Below are positions 1 through 9,380 of a stretch of 64,000 nt of DNA, piece after piece; position 1 is the first letter of the stretch; each line of letters starts with the position of its first letter. The stretch is taken from contig JBBTQF010000012.1 in assembly GCA_038065815.1 (NCBI GenBank), forward strand, positions 1,663 through 65,662. The letters run 5' to 3'. This DNA is from Patescibacteria group bacterium (GTDB lineage Bacteria > Patescibacteriota > Patescibacteriia > UBA9934 > CAMTUG01). Under the pieces are notes generated by a model. The model worked only from the letters and a program-made list of their open reading frames with translations, had not been told where the DNA came from and searched no databases. The translations under genes were made by a program, and so were the position numbers.

Positions 1-119
1 TTCCTCGACAACTTCCAACGGTGGCTCTGGCCGTCTCACGAATAACAAAATCAGAATAATCGCAATCAGGATCAAAAGACCGGCGGTAAATACTTTCGCG
101 CGATTGGAAATCGTCATAC
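1..119 (-). CDS. Partial CDS with the N-terminus in the window (MTISNRAKVFTAGLLILIAIILILLFVRRPEPPLEVVEE...). It is a small membrane-anchored protein and its start abuts the stop of the VirB4-like gene.
   Basis: ATG at 117-119 on the minus strand is followed by a hydrophobic TM-like stretch. The ORF continues past the window edge and is directly downstream of the VirB4-like ATPase in the same orientation. Confidence 0.3.
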
Positions 120-2042
120 TTAAGATTCCTCTTTTTTAGAAAGTTCGAGATCTTTCTCAAACTCTTTTTTCGCCGCCTCAATCTCAAGGAGTTGTCGCGG
201 ATCCGTCGTGATAATTTGATCTTCCGCGTAGGAAGCAACAACTTTGATTGCCGCATGATTACGCCCTGCAAAAAAAACGCCCTCGCCAACGTCCGAGCTC
301 AACAACAAATACTTTTCTCCATCTGTAAGATTAAACGTCTTTTGTACGAGATCAATTGACGCAGTAGATTGCTTGAGCAAAAGCAAAAGTTGTGAGTTTG
401 TCACAATCGCCTGTCCATACTGCGAAAGCAAAAAGTCATTGACATCCTGCGTAATCGTGGTGATGCCGAGATAGTATTTGCGACAACGCTTCACGAGCGC
501 AAAAATAAATTTTGCCGAATCGTCATGTTGCATGAGCCACCAAGCCTCGTCAATAATGAGAATACGCTTTTTGCGTTCCGAACGGATGATGTTCCAGATG
601 TAGCTGATGATCGCATAAATCGCCATTGGACGCAGTTCGTCCTCCAAATCGCGCACCGAGAACACGACCAGTTGATTCTTTGTTTCCACCGTCGTCGCCG
701 AATTGAGAAACCCTGAAAATGTCCCTTCGGTGTACTTCATCAGGCGTGCCACGAGCTGTTCGGCCCCTTCCATCCCCTCAAGAACATCTTGCAAATCCTG
801 CAACACCGGCGCCTCAATGCCAGTGAGGTCGCGTGTGTCGGCGGTGATATCATTCTTGGCGTACGTTTCCAAAAGCGCGCGATCGAGAATCGAATCCTCT
901 TCCGGTGTAAATCCAAGTTTGGATTTTTCTCCCATTGGAACTCCAATCATGATCCGCAAGAGCCCCTTGACTGTAATGACGGCATTGCGAATCGTGTCCT
1001 CAATGCTTTCGTCCTGAAGAATCTTATGCGGGAGTTCAAACGGATTAACTTTAGATTCCGACGCGAGGGAAATGTTGACATACGCACCGCCAACCGCGTC
1101 CGACAAATGTTTGTACTCCATTTCAGGATCAATAATCAGCACCTCCGTTCCCATCATGAGCGAACGCAGTACCTCGAGTTTTACGGCATAACTTTTTCCA
1201 GCTCCGGAAGTGGCAAAACAACAGGCGTTGGCGTTTGGCAGAGAAAAACGATCAAACAGAATGAGAGAATTGTTATGGCGATTAATGCCGTACAAAATGC
1301 CGTTGTCGCTCGTAAGATCGGCCGAGATAAATGGGAACGAGCTCGCGATCGGCGAGGTGTTCATGTTAAACGTGATCATCAGCTCATCATTACCAAGTGG
1401 GAGCGTGGAATTGAAGCCTTGCTCGGCCTGATAATATCCGCGCTTGGAATGAATCAGCTTACTGCCAAAAATAGACTCGACCTCGCTTGAAATCTGATCG
1501 AGCTCATCTTTTGACTTCGCATACAAAGTCACGTAAAAGGCGAACTGGAAAAAATGCTCAATACCTTGAGTGAGATTGTCGCGCAGTTGCTCGATGTCCT
1601 TAAGCGCGGTCTCCCGAATTGGATCGCGCGCGGCACCCTTTTCTGCATCTCCCATAATCGTCGCCTCAAGTATACCAACTTTCTTTTTGAGCTGTTTCAA
1701 AATAATCTCGGCCTTGACTGGATAGAAAAACATGGCAATGTCGAGTGTCGCGTTCAAATTGAGAACTGGCGCGGACCAGCCGATGCCAATATAGCGCGGA
1801 TAACTCAAAACAAACACCGTCCGTAAAAAGGCATCTCCGAGTTTAATAAAGTCCGGATTCACCGCAAACGAAGCTGGTGCGATTAAATCCTTAATCGTAA
1901 CGACGCCTTTGCGATAGACTCGCTCTTCCTCAAGCGCCACCCGCTCGGTCGCGGCACGCAACTGTTCCTCGCTAGGTGGTTTGACCACCGCCGGCTGTTT
2001 GACTTCCTTGGAAAAATCTAATTTTTGTATCTCAATCGCCAT
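120..2042 (-). CDS. virB4: VirB4/TrbE/CagE-family type IV secretion or conjugation ATPase (ATPase portion).
   Basis: Walker A is FATSGAGKSY and Walker B is RILIIDEAWW; the DEAW box is characteristic of VirB4/TraC-type ATPases. The 640 aa sit directly downstream of a VirB3-like gene. Confidence 0.7.
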   Translation of the reverse strand: MAIEIQKLDFSKEVKQPAVVKPPSEEQLRAATERVALEEERVYRKGVVTIKDLIAPASFAVNPDFIKLGDAFLRTVFVLSYPRYIGIGWSAPVLNLNATLDIAMFFYPVKAEIILKQLKKKVGILEATIMGDAEKGAARDPIRETALKDIEQLRDNLTQGIEHFFQFAFYVTLYAKSKDELDQISSEVESIFGSKLIHSKRGYYQAEQGFNSTLPLGNDELMITFNMNTSPIASSFPFISADLTSDNGILYGINRHNNSLILFDRFSLPNANACCFATSGAGKSYAVKLEVLRSLMMGTEVLIIDPEMEYKHLSDAVGGAYVNISLASESKVNPFELPHKILQDESIEDTIRNAVITVKGLLRIMIGVPMGEKSKLGFTPEEDSILDRALLETYAKNDITADTRDLTGIEAPVLQDLQDVLEGMEGAEQLVARLMKYTEGTFSGFLNSATTVETKNQLVVFSVRDLEDELRPMAIYAIISYIWNIIRSERKKRILIIDEAWWLMQHDDSAKFIFALVKRCRKYYLGITTITQDVNDFLLSQYGQAIVTNSQLLLLLKQSTASIDLVQKTFNLTDGEKYLLLSSDVGEGVFFAGRNHAAIKVVASYAEDQIITTDPRQLLEIEAAKKEFEKDLELSKKEES

Positions 2043-2050
2043 AAGGTAAA

Positions 2051-2764
2051 TTAGGATGATCCGTAATCGGTAATAATGGTCCCCATATCCTCCACCTGAA
2101 GTTTATTCAAATCGCCTGCGCTTTGCACTTCGGCAACCTCTGGGTTATATACACGGTAGTACATCTCGATCAGGCCTTGAGTATCGAGCCGTTCCGTGTT
2201 GAGACTCATGCTCTCCATCTGACCGCGAATATATTCAACACGCTTTGAGAGTTCGCGCTTGCGTTCCTCATATTGCTTGCCTTTGAGCTTCAGCGTTGAA
2301 ATCGGCGTCAAGGCACTTGTGAGGCGATAGATGAAATTGCGCGTTTTGTTCGTCAACGGATCATACGGGATCACCACGAAAAATCGTTTTGACATAATCT
2401 GCCCGAGCTCCACCAACTGCTTTACAAATGCGACATAATCCTGAATCTGTGCGCGCAGGAGTTCATTTTTTTGAATGCGATATTGTTCCTGCAACGCCCC
2501 GATGTAGGCATCAATGTTCATTTTGCGCGATTGAATCACAACTTGCAATGGATGATCGAGGCCGTTCAAAAACTGCATATACGCCTGAACGAGCGCCTGC
2601 TGTTCATCCTCGGACTTAAGCGCGAAATTGATGCTACCGACCATCAAAACTGCGCGTACCGTGCCATCTTTCAAAATCACCATACCCTCGCGGATTTCGG
2701 CAATATCAAGATAGCGCTGTGTCGCTGGCCCTGGTTTTGGTTTGGCAAGTTTTTTCGACTGCAT
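2051..2764 (-). CDS. VirB4 N-terminal (CagE_TrbE_VirB-like) domain protein. It may be the N-terminal part of a split or frameshifted virB4, or a naturally separate subunit.
   Basis: The 237 aa end 8 nt before the ATG of the ATPase ORF and are in a different frame. Together the two ORFs total about 877 aa, typical for VirB4. The composition resembles N-terminal VirB4 regions; this is pattern-based, not searched. Confidence 0.4.
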   Translation of the reverse strand: MQSKKLAKPKPGPATQRYLDIAEIREGMVILKDGTVRAVLMVGSINFALKSEDEQQALVQAYMQFLNGLDHPLQVVIQSRKMNIDAYIGALQEQYRIQKNELLRAQIQDYVAFVKQLVELGQIMSKRFFVVIPYDPLTNKTRNFIYRLTSALTPISTLKLKGKQYEERKRELSKRVEYIRGQMESMSLNTERLDTQGLIEMYYRVYNPEVAEVQSAGDLNKLQVEDMGTIITDYGSS

Positions 2765-2770
2765 AAGTTG

Positions 2771-3202
2771 CTACTCTTCTGGTTGATACACTCCTCCAGT
2801 ATTCACAATCAGCGATAATTCCTGCAACCGACTGCTTGTCACCGGTTCTCTTGTCGCAACAACCGCGACAGGAGCAACAGCATCGCCTTTCAAGTATGGC
2901 TTAAGCTCCGCGTCTGTAAGCTTTTTGTCCCACACCCGAAGTAATGGTTTGCGAAAAGTCTGAATCATATTTAACACGAAAAAGTGAAACGGCTGGCCGT
3001 TGATACGAATGAAGGCAAATGTGACGCCAATCAGAAAAATTGGCACACCGAACAAGAGAAACTTCCAAAAGGTGAGCAATGAGTACAGAAGCGTATCCGT
3101 CAATCCCATCGCCAGCACAATAAGAAATTGTCGCACCGAAAGTGGTCCGAGAATCTTGTCCTCGATATCAATAAATTGCGGAACCGTGAATTGCTGTACC
3201 AT
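2771..3202 (-). CDS. Small two-TM membrane protein, VirB3/PrgI-like, located upstream of VirB4.
   Basis: The 143 aa contain two hydrophobic helices (LIVLAMGLTDTLLYSLL and LLFGVPIFLIGVTFAFI). A 6-nt gap separates it from the VirB4-N ORF, the canonical VirB3-VirB4 arrangement. Confidence 0.45.
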   Translation of the reverse strand: MVQQFTVPQFIDIEDKILGPLSVRQFLIVLAMGLTDTLLYSLLTFWKFLLFGVPIFLIGVTFAFIRINGQPFHFFVLNMIQTFRKPLLRVWDKKLTDAELKPYLKGDAVAPVAVVATREPVTSSRLQELSLIVNTGGVYQPEE

Positions 3203-3225
3203 GAAGAAAATGTCTATCTATTATA

Positions 3226-4668
3226 TCAGAAATGGAGTCCGGCGTTGAGTTGTATAATCGCCTTGACTTCCTCGACTCCAAGCGCTTCCTTACCTTGATC
3301 CTTCCATAAACGCCCGACCTCCGCAACGGGTTTACCTGTTTTAAGCGCCTCCTGCGAGAGCGAAACGTAAAGTTGATTCAATGGCGAAGCTTTCCATGCG
3401 CGTAGGCCAGCGACCTTTTTTTCATAAGTTTCATTGCCAAGTAGATCAATTTTGTCGCGAATCTTCATTATTGCTTCTTGCGGATCGCTCGCGAGTCGTC
3501 GAAAATCCAGTACCGTCATGCGTTCAAGCTCCTCAACAGGCCCTACAAGCTTGGACGTGTACTTAACGTCCGCCATCTGTGGCCTTGTCCCGACGGCTGT
3601 TGTCAGACTCGCGCTTGAGAGACGTGGTACAACTGGCTGAACATCTAATGGAAGCTTTCCTGTAAGCGCCGTGTAGCGCTTCCCAAGTTCTTCCTCTTCT
3701 TTAGCGGGACGCGACGCCACTTCCATCTCGCGTTTACGTTTCTCTTCAAGATAAAGTCGCTTTTGCTCTACCGCATTTTTCTCAAGCTCAACTTTTTGCG
3801 CGGTGTAGAGTTTCTCAACCTGCAGAGCCACTCGTTCGAGTTCATCGCCAGTCAGCCCAAGTCCTCCAGTGAGCACACTCTGCCCCAGCAGAGTCTTCGT
3901 CTGCGTCGCGTTGCGCAAATCCTTAAGACGAGATTGCGTGATGGTCTGAAGGCGTTTTTCCAAATCTGCAGATTTATTCGTCATCTCTATCAAAGATTTC
4001 TCCTTAACCTTTGTCACGTTTGTCTCATTTTTAACCTCTGTCTCTTTCTTCTTTGTCATCTCCTCCATTATCCCAACCGCCCCAGTCTCGATATCAAACG
4101 ACTTGCGACGCTTATCCAAAATCTCGATTAACTGGTGCGCCTGTGCCTCATCAAGCTCAAGCCCTCCAACTTTCACAGCTCGCCCAAGCGCTGAAATAGT
4201 CTGCACAGCACTGCGCCCACCGCCAACATAAGTCGTCAGCAAAAACTCCAAACGATTTTGCAAAGTCGCATCCGACAAATTTAACTTGGCTTCCTTAAGG
4301 GAGTCTTTGACAAACTGATCTGGAGTGAGTTCTTCTTTCTCAACATGCTTAATCTCTTTGGTCTCTGGGTCTCCGCCGAGCCGTTTGAGCTCCTCGCCAA
4401 CGCCGGGTAAATACGCGTCAAGCGGTAGGAGTCTCTGGGTGATGAGCTCACGAGCAAGATCATCCTTGCCAACTTTTGCCGCAAGCTCTGTAAGTTTCAG
4501 CGTACCGAGTAGCACATCTTCCGCAAGTAAAATCAAATCAAACGACTGATCATCATTCAAACCAAATTTTTTCAGCGCCTCAAGCGCTTCCTGCTCCTTA
4601 TCCGAATCAAACAAAAAATCTTGAACAGCTTGAGGAAGTTTTTGGTAATGTGAAAGACGATCCGTCAT
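3226..4668 (-). CDS. Soluble K/E-rich coiled-coil protein of 480 aa with no recognised domain. It is T4SS-associated by position.
   Basis: This long ORF lies in the operon-like minus-strand run between the VirB6-like and VirB3-like genes. It has heptad-like K/E/L-rich stretches and no TM segment. Confidence 0.5.
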   Translation of the reverse strand: MTDRLSHYQKLPQAVQDFLFDSDKEQEALEALKKFGLNDDQSFDLILLAEDVLLGTLKLTELAAKVGKDDLARELITQRLLPLDAYLPGVGEELKRLGGDPETKEIKHVEKEELTPDQFVKDSLKEAKLNLSDATLQNRLEFLLTTYVGGGRSAVQTISALGRAVKVGGLELDEAQAHQLIEILDKRRKSFDIETGAVGIMEEMTKKKETEVKNETNVTKVKEKSLIEMTNKSADLEKRLQTITQSRLKDLRNATQTKTLLGQSVLTGGLGLTGDELERVALQVEKLYTAQKVELEKNAVEQKRLYLEEKRKREMEVASRPAKEEEELGKRYTALTGKLPLDVQPVVPRLSSASLTTAVGTRPQMADVKYTSKLVGPVEELERMTVLDFRRLASDPQEAIMKIRDKIDLLGNETYEKKVAGLRAWKASPLNQLYVSLSQEALKTGKPVAEVGRLWKDQGKEALGVEEVKAIIQLNAGLHF

Positions 4669-4674
4669 AATAAA

Positions 4675-7518
4675 CTAACGACCAAAGCGCTTCTTGGCGT
4701 GTTCCGCGGCGGCGATTTTTCGAATCATGCTTGCGTCATCTTTGAGCGCTTGATAGTTATTCTTAAGAGCAAGAGTCACTTTATCAAGCGTATTGATGAG
4801 ATTAATTTGCTCCGAAGATTGCGATGGTGCGCGACGGATCTTATCTGCGATTCCTGTAATCTTGGTATCGGAGATCGCCTGTGCCACCGCCTTGCCAATC
4901 GCTCCGGCGGCGTCAGCACCGTCTATCTTGAGAATCATTTCCGGATTCTCCGAAATCATACTCTTAAAGCCAGCCTCGGCTGTCTCATCTGTAAAACGCC
5001 CTGCAGTTGAATCAAAATTAATCGCACGCGGAATGGCTGAACCCATCACCAGACGAGTCTTCATTGTTTCAGCAATTTGACGTGCGACTTGCTTTTCCAT
5101 GGCTTGTTTTTGCAAACCATATTCTGTCGATGTTTCTTTTCCGTCTTCATGTTTCGTCGTGGGTTGTTCAAAAGTCCGACCTTCTTCATCCACAAGATTA
5201 TTATCAACAAAAGTTTTAATACTTTTTCTTGCAAGATCATCGCGCTTATCCAATCTCTCATTCACCGCGCTGGTTAGCGCTGGGTTAGTCGTGGCAAGCG
5301 TGGTAAAACCTTTATTTACTGACGGATCAGTAAATTTGCTGAAAAACTCCTTGTTGCCAAGCATTTCAGGCGCAACGATATTTGATTTCAAATCATTAGC
5401 GCTCAACTTGCTAATTGATTCCGTAAGCCGATCAGTTGCTTCTGCAAGTCGCTGTTGTGCCTGCTCATGATCTAAACCAAGTCCAGCCTCTCCTCCTTCA
5501 ACACGAGTTCTAATTTTAGCTTCCTGCTGTTGAGCTGTTACAACAGATTTATGAGCACTCTGCATATCAGTCTGTCTCTTTTTTATATCTGCTTTTTCAT
5601 TCTCATTCCACAGATCAGACGTCTTCTGACCAGCCTTTCCCGCAAGGATATACTCTTCTCCAGTCCTACCTTCACGAGTCTTCTCATTACGCAGTGACTT
5701 GCGCACTCGAGGATCTGAAAGAGCTTTCTCATCTTCACCCCATGCCCGCATCTTACCTGGCGAAGCCAAAATCGTACGGACACGGTTATCAATCTCTGTC
5801 TGCTGGCGTCCTTCATACTGCTTTTCCGTTTCTCCGGGTTTTCTCTCTTTGGCATAGACAGCCGCCAGAGAAGGCGCCGCGTCAACCGCCCGACTAAATT
5901 TATCTTTGGTGGCATCGTCAAAATCGCCAACCATACCGCTATCGCGAATCTTTCCAGTAAGGTCTGTAAGTTCTTCTGGTTTAAGGGCAACACGCTTTTT
6001 CTCATCCATGACAAGTTTCAACTGAGCCGCCTGTATACGATTCTTTTCCCCATACGGCGTAAGTTTATTGATTTTAGTCCCAGCCAACCCCTTCAACTCT
6101 TCAGTCCCAAGTCCGGTCAAGCCCTTCAGAGCTTCCGCGCGGGACTCCTCTTTCTTGGCCTCCACAGCAGAAACCTGACTTAATCCAAGATCACGCACAG
6201 CACGCCCAGCGATGCCTAAACCGGGAACTTTCGCGACACCAGCCCCAACCTTACCCATAAAGCTACCAACCCCTGCTCGTGCTTTCAGAAAAGGAGCCAT
6301 ACCATAAGCTCGCGCTCCAGCTCGTCCAACTGCTAGACCGGCGCCTGCCGGAACGCCGATACCGATACGGGCAATCTGTCTGGAGAGACCTGGGATGCCG
6401 GCGATACCAGAAGTCATAAACTTGCCTGCACTACCACCGATCGAGCTTGCTGTCTGTTGGGAGATTTCGATTCCTGCAAAAATAAGTGCCAACGAGATTA
6501 TCAGACCCGTGAAGTGTGGCAGATCAAAAATTTTTGTAATAATGCCAACAGACTCACTCTCGCCAGCAGTGCCAAGATCAGTTTCAAAACCCTGCGTCTC
6601 TGCAAGCCCACCTGCTCCGGCGGTAGCCAACGCCAGCCACAAGAAAAAAGTCATGATCGGTCCGATGCTCACAGTGCTAGTAAAACGCTTCCACCAGTCC
6701 GAGTAGTATCCTTCTGCCGGCCCAATGACTCCCTTGGCGCCGCCAAGAAAAAATGCCAGAGGCGACAAAATGATGAGTATCCACAACATGACAATACGGA
6801 AAGCAAAAAGCATGGCCATGGTAAGCACGGTACCGAGTACGATAAACGAAATAACAAGACTCAAAAATGCCGCCCCAAGCAAATCCCACACACCATAACC
6901 GTTCTCTTTTTCAATTCCACGCATCGCCGCGTCCTCGCTAAACGTATACATTTTGTCGAGCCCGAACATGGAGATAAAATTTCCTCCAGCAATATCTTTG
7001 ATTGCGTTCACAAACGTAATCATGAACACTTGTCCGAAATCAATAATGAGACCGGCAATAGTGCGTGAAAAGTTGATGACGACGGCCATCAAAAGCAAAC
7101 GCGGAATTTGTTTCTTCCAATCTGCCCGACCAACGCCGAAAATCGTCTGAAAGGCGATGATGAGCAGTATGATGATAAAAAACATGTTCACAACGTCACG
7201 CACGATTGCCCAACCAAGTCCGACGATCTGCGAGGTTGTGAACTTGTCATAGCGCAAAATCGGTATGATGAGCACCTCAATCACTGCCACCACGACTTTG
7301 ACAACTTGTTGAGAAATCCACGCAAGAATTTGAGCCAGCGTAATGCCAACGCTTTCTGCGATGCTTACATCTGTTTTCTCACCGCCATCTTGGGCAAAGA
7401 CTCCTTGTACAAACAGCACGATAGCAAAAACGCAAAACATTCCGACGATCTGATATTTATGATCTCGGAGCCAATGCGTTGCAAAACGCAGACGATGTTG
7501 CAGCGTGTGCATATGCAC
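4675..7518 (-). CDS. Polytopic membrane protein of about 947 aa with a long charged C-terminal extension. It is VirB6/TrbL-like.
   Basis: An N-terminal signal/TM is followed by about eight hydrophobic helices spanning aa 30-400 and then roughly 550 aa of A/K/E/G-rich hydrophilic sequence. It sits between the M23 hydrolase and the coiled-coil gene with a 6-nt spacing to the latter. Confidence 0.4.
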   Translation of the reverse strand: MHMHTLQHRLRFATHWLRDHKYQIVGMFCVFAIVLFVQGVFAQDGGEKTDVSIAESVGITLAQILAWISQQVVKVVVAVIEVLIIPILRYDKFTTSQIVGLGWAIVRDVVNMFFIIILLIIAFQTIFGVGRADWKKQIPRLLLMAVVINFSRTIAGLIIDFGQVFMITFVNAIKDIAGGNFISMFGLDKMYTFSEDAAMRGIEKENGYGVWDLLGAAFLSLVISFIVLGTVLTMAMLFAFRIVMLWILIILSPLAFFLGGAKGVIGPAEGYYSDWWKRFTSTVSIGPIMTFFLWLALATAGAGGLAETQGFETDLGTAGESESVGIITKIFDLPHFTGLIISLALIFAGIEISQQTASSIGGSAGKFMTSGIAGIPGLSRQIARIGIGVPAGAGLAVGRAGARAYGMAPFLKARAGVGSFMGKVGAGVAKVPGLGIAGRAVRDLGLSQVSAVEAKKEESRAEALKGLTGLGTEELKGLAGTKINKLTPYGEKNRIQAAQLKLVMDEKKRVALKPEELTDLTGKIRDSGMVGDFDDATKDKFSRAVDAAPSLAAVYAKERKPGETEKQYEGRQQTEIDNRVRTILASPGKMRAWGEDEKALSDPRVRKSLRNEKTREGRTGEEYILAGKAGQKTSDLWNENEKADIKKRQTDMQSAHKSVVTAQQQEAKIRTRVEGGEAGLGLDHEQAQQRLAEATDRLTESISKLSANDLKSNIVAPEMLGNKEFFSKFTDPSVNKGFTTLATTNPALTSAVNERLDKRDDLARKSIKTFVDNNLVDEEGRTFEQPTTKHEDGKETSTEYGLQKQAMEKQVARQIAETMKTRLVMGSAIPRAINFDSTAGRFTDETAEAGFKSMISENPEMILKIDGADAAGAIGKAVAQAISDTKITGIADKIRRAPSQSSEQINLINTLDKVTLALKNNYQALKDDASMIRKIAAAEHAKKRFGR

Positions 7519-7613
7519 GCAGATTGTAACACGATTTGAGACGTTTGAACGGGCAGAGGTGGGGATAGAAACTTATAAGAGCGGGGCGGTCAGTGTGACC
7601 GCCCCGCGAAACG

Positions 7614-9380
7614 TTAAGGCACCTCGAAATATGCATCGCCACCGATGGAGCACGGATCGGTCGCCCAAACCGACGCGCTCCACGGGTCGGTATCAACCGT
7701 CACGGAAACACCGTCCACCTCAACCGTGCCACGCATGTCGATCGAGAGGCAATCGTTGTTGTATGCGGCCCAGTAGACGTCACCGCTAGAGCTCGTCTGG
7801 TACCACGCGTTGAGTTTGATCTCCTCGCCACTTTCCGCCTCTACCGACACACACATCGCGGTATCGCCGTTGTCGGCATCGTCCGCAACAGGCGAACCCC
7901 AGTAAGTGAAGGTGTTGCCGTCAAGGTAGAGGTTGCCGTCGTACATGGTGACGCCCGGCAAGTAGCAGACCTCCACGGTCGTGTCCTCGTAGGTCACAAC
8001 CTCGTCCGTCTCACTAGTATCGAGCTCTTCTTCCTCGTCGTCGGGCTCGTCCGACTCCTCCTCATCAGCACTGCCGGTATCGAATTCCTCTTCCTCGTTC
8101 TCCGCTTCTCCACCGGTATCCTCTTTCTCGTTCGGGAGTTCCTCGTCGTCATACGTATCGCCGGTATCGAGCTCGTCGGTGTCGTTGCGCTCATCGTCGT
8201 CATCGTTCTCCGCTCCGCCAATGCCAGCGACGCTACCGCCACAAGTCTCGATCATCTCCGCGTCAATGCAACCGTAGTCCGACGAACAACTACCCATCGG
8301 CAGTCCCGTGTCCGCGATCGTCCCGTCGCCAACCGTGACGATGTAGCGCGAACTGAACCCGAGCCGCAGGAAGATATCCCACGTCTCAATCGGCAGGGCC
8401 ATGCCATCGCTCACGACGTACAGGTCGGAACGGCTCGCCTCTTTCACGATGTCGCCATCGCGGAAGTACGCATTGTCCACGCGCCAGCTGACGTCACTTG
8501 TCTCGTCAATCGCCTCGCCGACGTCCATGCAGTCAAGCTCGTCAGGGGAGATGAGCACGACCTCGCTGAAATCGTAGCCGAGGTCCCAGAATACGTCCTC
8601 GCTCTCGATCCAACGGCGCTCACCGTCCTCCACGAGGTAGACGTTGTTGTCGTCCGGGGTCTTCACGAGCGTACCGTTCGGATGCCAGTTCGTGACTGGC
8701 AAAAGCGACCTGTAGGTTTCACCAGCGCCATCAAGCCCGCAGACGAAATCCTCACTTTCGAGCACGAGCTCGGACTCACCAGTACTCACGTTGTCCACGA
8801 AGTAGCCGACCTCGATCGACTCTCCGTATTCGGCCATGAGGCGTCCGTCGCCCTCGTGCAGACCGATATGCACATGGTCACCACTGCACTTGCCAGTACA
8901 ACCCTCGTAACCGAGAATCTGACCCGCCGCGACCTCAAACCCATCGCTCACGAAGATGTCGGACATGTGCGCGAGAACGACGTAGGTGCCGTCACCGAGC
9001 ACGATGTTGACGTGGTAGCCGAAGTTGAGGCTCGCTGACTCCATGTGGACGTAGGCCGTTCCGCCAATCGGCGCGTACACGATGTCGGACTCACCGTTTG
9101 GGGTGTCGAAGTCCAGATCAAGCTCCGTGCTGTCGCCAGCGTGCGAGTAGGTGTCGAAAGGCCCCTGCGTGCAGAGCGTCTTGTAACCGTCATGAAACGG
9201 CAGGTCAATGACGACTCCATCATAGCCACCCTGATCTGTGGACGAGCCGGGGTTTTCGAGCGACTCGATGAACTCTCTGTAGAGTGGATCCATCATCAAA
9301 CATCCGACCATGCCTGATGCGAAGATGAAGGTGATGATGGGAACTGCGTAGAGACGCAATTGGAACTCTTTGTGACTCAC
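7614..9380 (-). CDS. Membrane-anchored M23 (LytM) family peptidoglycan peptidase with a poly-acidic linker and a C-terminal domain. It is the cell-wall hydrolase of the T4SS-like cluster and a VirB1 analogue.
   Basis: The M23 motifs HxxxD (HAGDSTELDLD) and HxH (GDHVHIGLHEG) are present. An N-terminal signal-anchor is present. An acidic run of about 80 aa reads DDDDERNDTDELDTGDTYDDEELPNEKED...EEEEFDTGSADEEESDEPDDEEEELD. Confidence 0.7.
   Translation of the reverse strand: MSHKEFQLRLYAVPIITFIFASGMVGCLMMDPLYREFIESLENPGSSTDQGGYDGVVIDLPFHDGYKTLCTQGPFDTYSHAGDSTELDLDFDTPNGESDIVYAPIGGTAYVHMESASLNFGYHVNIVLGDGTYVVLAHMSDIFVSDGFEVAAGQILGYEGCTGKCSGDHVHIGLHEGDGRLMAEYGESIEVGYFVDNVSTGESELVLESEDFVCGLDGAGETYRSLLPVTNWHPNGTLVKTPDDNNVYLVEDGERRWIESEDVFWDLGYDFSEVVLISPDELDCMDVGEAIDETSDVSWRVDNAYFRDGDIVKEASRSDLYVVSDGMALPIETWDIFLRLGFSSRYIVTVGDGTIADTGLPMGSCSSDYGCIDAEMIETCGGSVAGIGGAENDDDDERNDTDELDTGDTYDDEELPNEKEDTGGEAENEEEEFDTGSADEEESDEPDDEEEELDTSETDEVVTYEDTTVEVCYLPGVTMYDGNLYLDGNTFTYWGSPVADDADNGDTAMCVSVEAESGEEIKLNAWYQTSSSGDVYWAAYNNDCLSIDMRGTVEVDGVSVTVDTDPWSASVWATDPCSIGGDAYFEVP

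Noticed and set aside
2043-2100. A programmed -1 ribosomal frameshift joining the two VirB4 ORFs.
   Set aside because: No X XXY YYZ slippery heptamer or downstream pseudoknot is evident in the short overlap window. Separate genes or an indel are more parsimonious.
5061-7150. Multiple 60-200-aa ORFs on both strands inside the 947-aa membrane-protein gene.
   Set aside because: They are nested within a long, well-supported ORF and have no independent signals; they are treated as noise.
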